Shown in pieces: positions 34,638 to 36,020 of a stretch of DNA of 36,020 bases. The notes beneath the pieces were generated by a model, which had not been told where the DNA came from, made no database searches, and saw nothing but the letters and a program-made list of their open reading frames with translations. Made by a program: the position numbers and the translations under genes. Origin of the DNA: a virus (lineage: Duplodnaviria; Caudoviricetes); IMG/VR virus record IMGVR_UViG_3300030433_001223, positions 1 to 36,020 of that record, one strand, 5' to 3'. How positions within the stretch are numbered: the stretch's first letter is position 1; the number at the start of each line of letters is the position of its first letter.

Positions 34638-34975
34638 AACAACAACTCCTCCGAAAACTCACTGTGTGCGTTAATTGGCCGTATTTCTAACGGATAATGA
34701 CGGTTTTTTCGCAATATACTTGCCTCATCTTCTGTATTCACCACCTCATAAATCACTTTAGCATCTGCATCTATCACATCGGCTCGTAATCCTGAGTCGT
34801 CAAACACTGCCTCTGTGTAAAACTCGTGTCCCCACTTCTTAAGTTGCTTACAAATCGCAAACTTCATGTCAATATGCGCCTCTGTTTCGTTTTTACTCCA
34901 TCGCATCGCATTCCTGTTGCGATTACTCATACGCAATAACCGAGATACCTCGTTGCGCCTTGCTTGTATGCTCAC
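34634..34975 (-). CDS. Restriction-fold nuclease-like protein
   Basis: H...K, TEAVF, RADVID...IYEV..TE. Confidence 0.6.
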   Translation of the reverse strand: MSIQARRNEVSRLLRMSNRNRNAMRWSKNETEAHIDMKFAICKQLKKWGHEFYTEAVFDDSGLRADVIDADAKVIYEVVNTEDEASILRKNRHYPLEIRPINAHSEFSEELLL

Positions 34976-35160
34976 ATCTCACCTACCCATCTACCGCAAA
35001 CTCTACCCATTTCTATCTGTTTACAAGACTTGCAAGTAATCTCATGGTCTTTATCGCTAGCATTTAAATTCATACTACCTTCTTCCCATTCAACATAGCG
35101 CCCACACAGTGTCAACTGTGATTCGTCTCTATACTTATGAACGACTCCCAACCAAATCAC
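34972..35160 (-). CDS. Zinc-finger microprotein (H..TLCG..CKSC)
   Basis: Same motif as 239-409; start uncertain. Confidence 0.65.
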   Translation of the reverse strand: MIWLGVVHKYRDESQLTLCGRYVEWEEGSMNLNASDKDHEITCKSCKQIEMGRVCGRWVGEM

Positions 35161-35302
35161 CTACTACCTTCGTATTGCACTCTCGACAAGATAATGTCGG
35201 CCTGCCTTTTTTTTCTGGAGTATAAAACACAGTCTTGTGCAACTGCCTGTGTTCTATCTGATAGACTGTACCACATGAATGACAATTAAACTTCCACTTC
35301 AT
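35135..35302 (-). CDS. 55-aa zinc-ribbon protein (not in ORF track)
   Basis: MKWKFNCHSCGTVYQ...LSCRECNTKVVGDLVGSRS; ATGA overlap. Confidence 0.7.
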   Translation of the reverse strand: MKWKFNCHSCGTVYQIEHRQLHKTVFYTPEKKGRPTLSCRECNTKVVGDLVGSRS

Positions 35303-35634
35303 TGAGAAGCCCAATCCATAAACTTAGCCTCTAACTCTTGACGTTGCTTGCGTACCTCTTCTGTACTTTGATACATACCATCATCGTTCTGTATCTTCCT
35401 GCGCATCCGACTTACACTACTCTTACTAGGTGCAAACTTCAACAACAAATACAAGTCTGCCAAAAACTGCTCCTCGTACAAACTGTGCTTCTTATCAACA
35501 GGTATTGCTCTATAATAATCCTTTAGAATCATATAAAACAACTCCATATCACTGTCTCGTGTATGCGGAAACTCCTTCAAACACTTTATCGCCAACTTCT
35601 TTACCGTATCTAAATTCTTAAACCACTCTTTCAT
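35299..35634 (-). CDS. Hypothetical, possibly DNA-binding protein
   Basis: TRDSD and SVSRMRRKIQ basic helix. Confidence 0.7.
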   Translation of the reverse strand: MKEWFKNLDTVKKLAIKCLKEFPHTRDSDMELFYMILKDYYRAIPVDKKHSLYEEQFLADLYLLLKFAPSKSSVSRMRRKIQNDDGMYQSTEEVRKQRQELEAKFMDWASQ

Positions 35635-36020
35635 ATGTAATTACTTGCGTTCCTTAACTTCTCTATGTAACGTAAAAGGAACTGCTGTTTTACGTTCTCA
35701 TCCATCTGCACCTCTTCCAACGCCTGACTTATACAATCATTGATAGTCTCCACTAACTCCTGCTTTTCATTCTCACGCAAGGACATACGCTCTGCCATCT
35801 CTGTCAACTTTGCAAACTCATGACCACGAATGTCTGCACCCTGCTTCTCTCGCATCCTATCCAAAAATGCATGACGTACTTCCTCTACCTCCTCTAACCG
35901 ATTTACATGCTTGATAACTGCCTGCTCCTTAACTGCCTCTCGTACCTCTTCCTTAACATCACTCATCAACTCCTGCCAACCCATCGCATCACTCCAATTA
36001 CGAATAGTATCCTTACTCAA
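35631..36020 (-). CDS. 3' part of putative terminase small subunit (starts at 252)
   Basis: Reads through the circular join; 167 aa in total, helical. Confidence 0.65.
   Translation of the reverse strand: MSKDTIRNWSDAMGWQELMSDVKEEVREAVKEQAVIKHVNRLEEVEEVRHAFLDRMREKQGADIRGHEFAKLTEMAERMSLRENEKQELVETINDCISQALEEVQMDENVKQQFLLRYIEKLRNASNYI
35883..36020. repeat. Terminal direct repeat, copy 2
   Basis: Matches 1-138. Confidence 0.97.

Noticed and set aside
7819-35621. Many plus-strand ORFs in the track opposite the structural genes (e.g. 11897-12343, 20195-20683, 25784-26209, 27015-27494)
   Set aside because: Antisense shadows of well-supported minus-strand genes, with no motifs or RBS.
1-36020. 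tRNA genes, diversity-generating retroelement, introns/inteins, stop-codon recoding
   Set aside because: No cloverleaf with T-loop consensus, no reverse transcriptase or TR/VR pair, no intein motifs seen, and genes tile densely under the standard code.

Overview
The window is a complete, circularly assembled genome of about 35,882 bp (138-bp terminal overlap) from a head-tailed virus. Its host is very probably an archaeon: it has TATA-box promoters, GGTGA-type ribosome-binding sites and leaderless starts, ribbon-helix-helix and CxxC zinc-finger microproteins, and a capsid protein resembling, from memory, those of halovirus/magrovirus-type viruses. The minus strand (7980-36020 wrapping to 1260) carries packaging, head and short-tail genes, plus a membrane cassette with an MscS-family channel inside the virion module. 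The plus strand (1729-7787) is an accessory/early island with an amidoligase, a class II glutamine amidotransferase, a nuclease and many microproteins. No polymerase, primase, helicase, integrase or methyltransferase is recognisable. The most striking signals are non-coding: (1) a hairpin at 6606-6677 whose loop is antisense to the shared leader and start codon of four plus-strand operons; (2) a GGWCATATGWCC palindrome at promoters; (3) a highly iterated GTGTGC-N3-AT box with a 16-17 bp periodic array; (4) a 16-bp direct repeat partitioning the island into cassettes. Also notable are a prohead protease fused to a chain of basic cargo modules, a candidate -1 frameshift fusing portal to a MuF-like protein, and apparent total absence of GATC. 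All calls are by eye; no searches were run.
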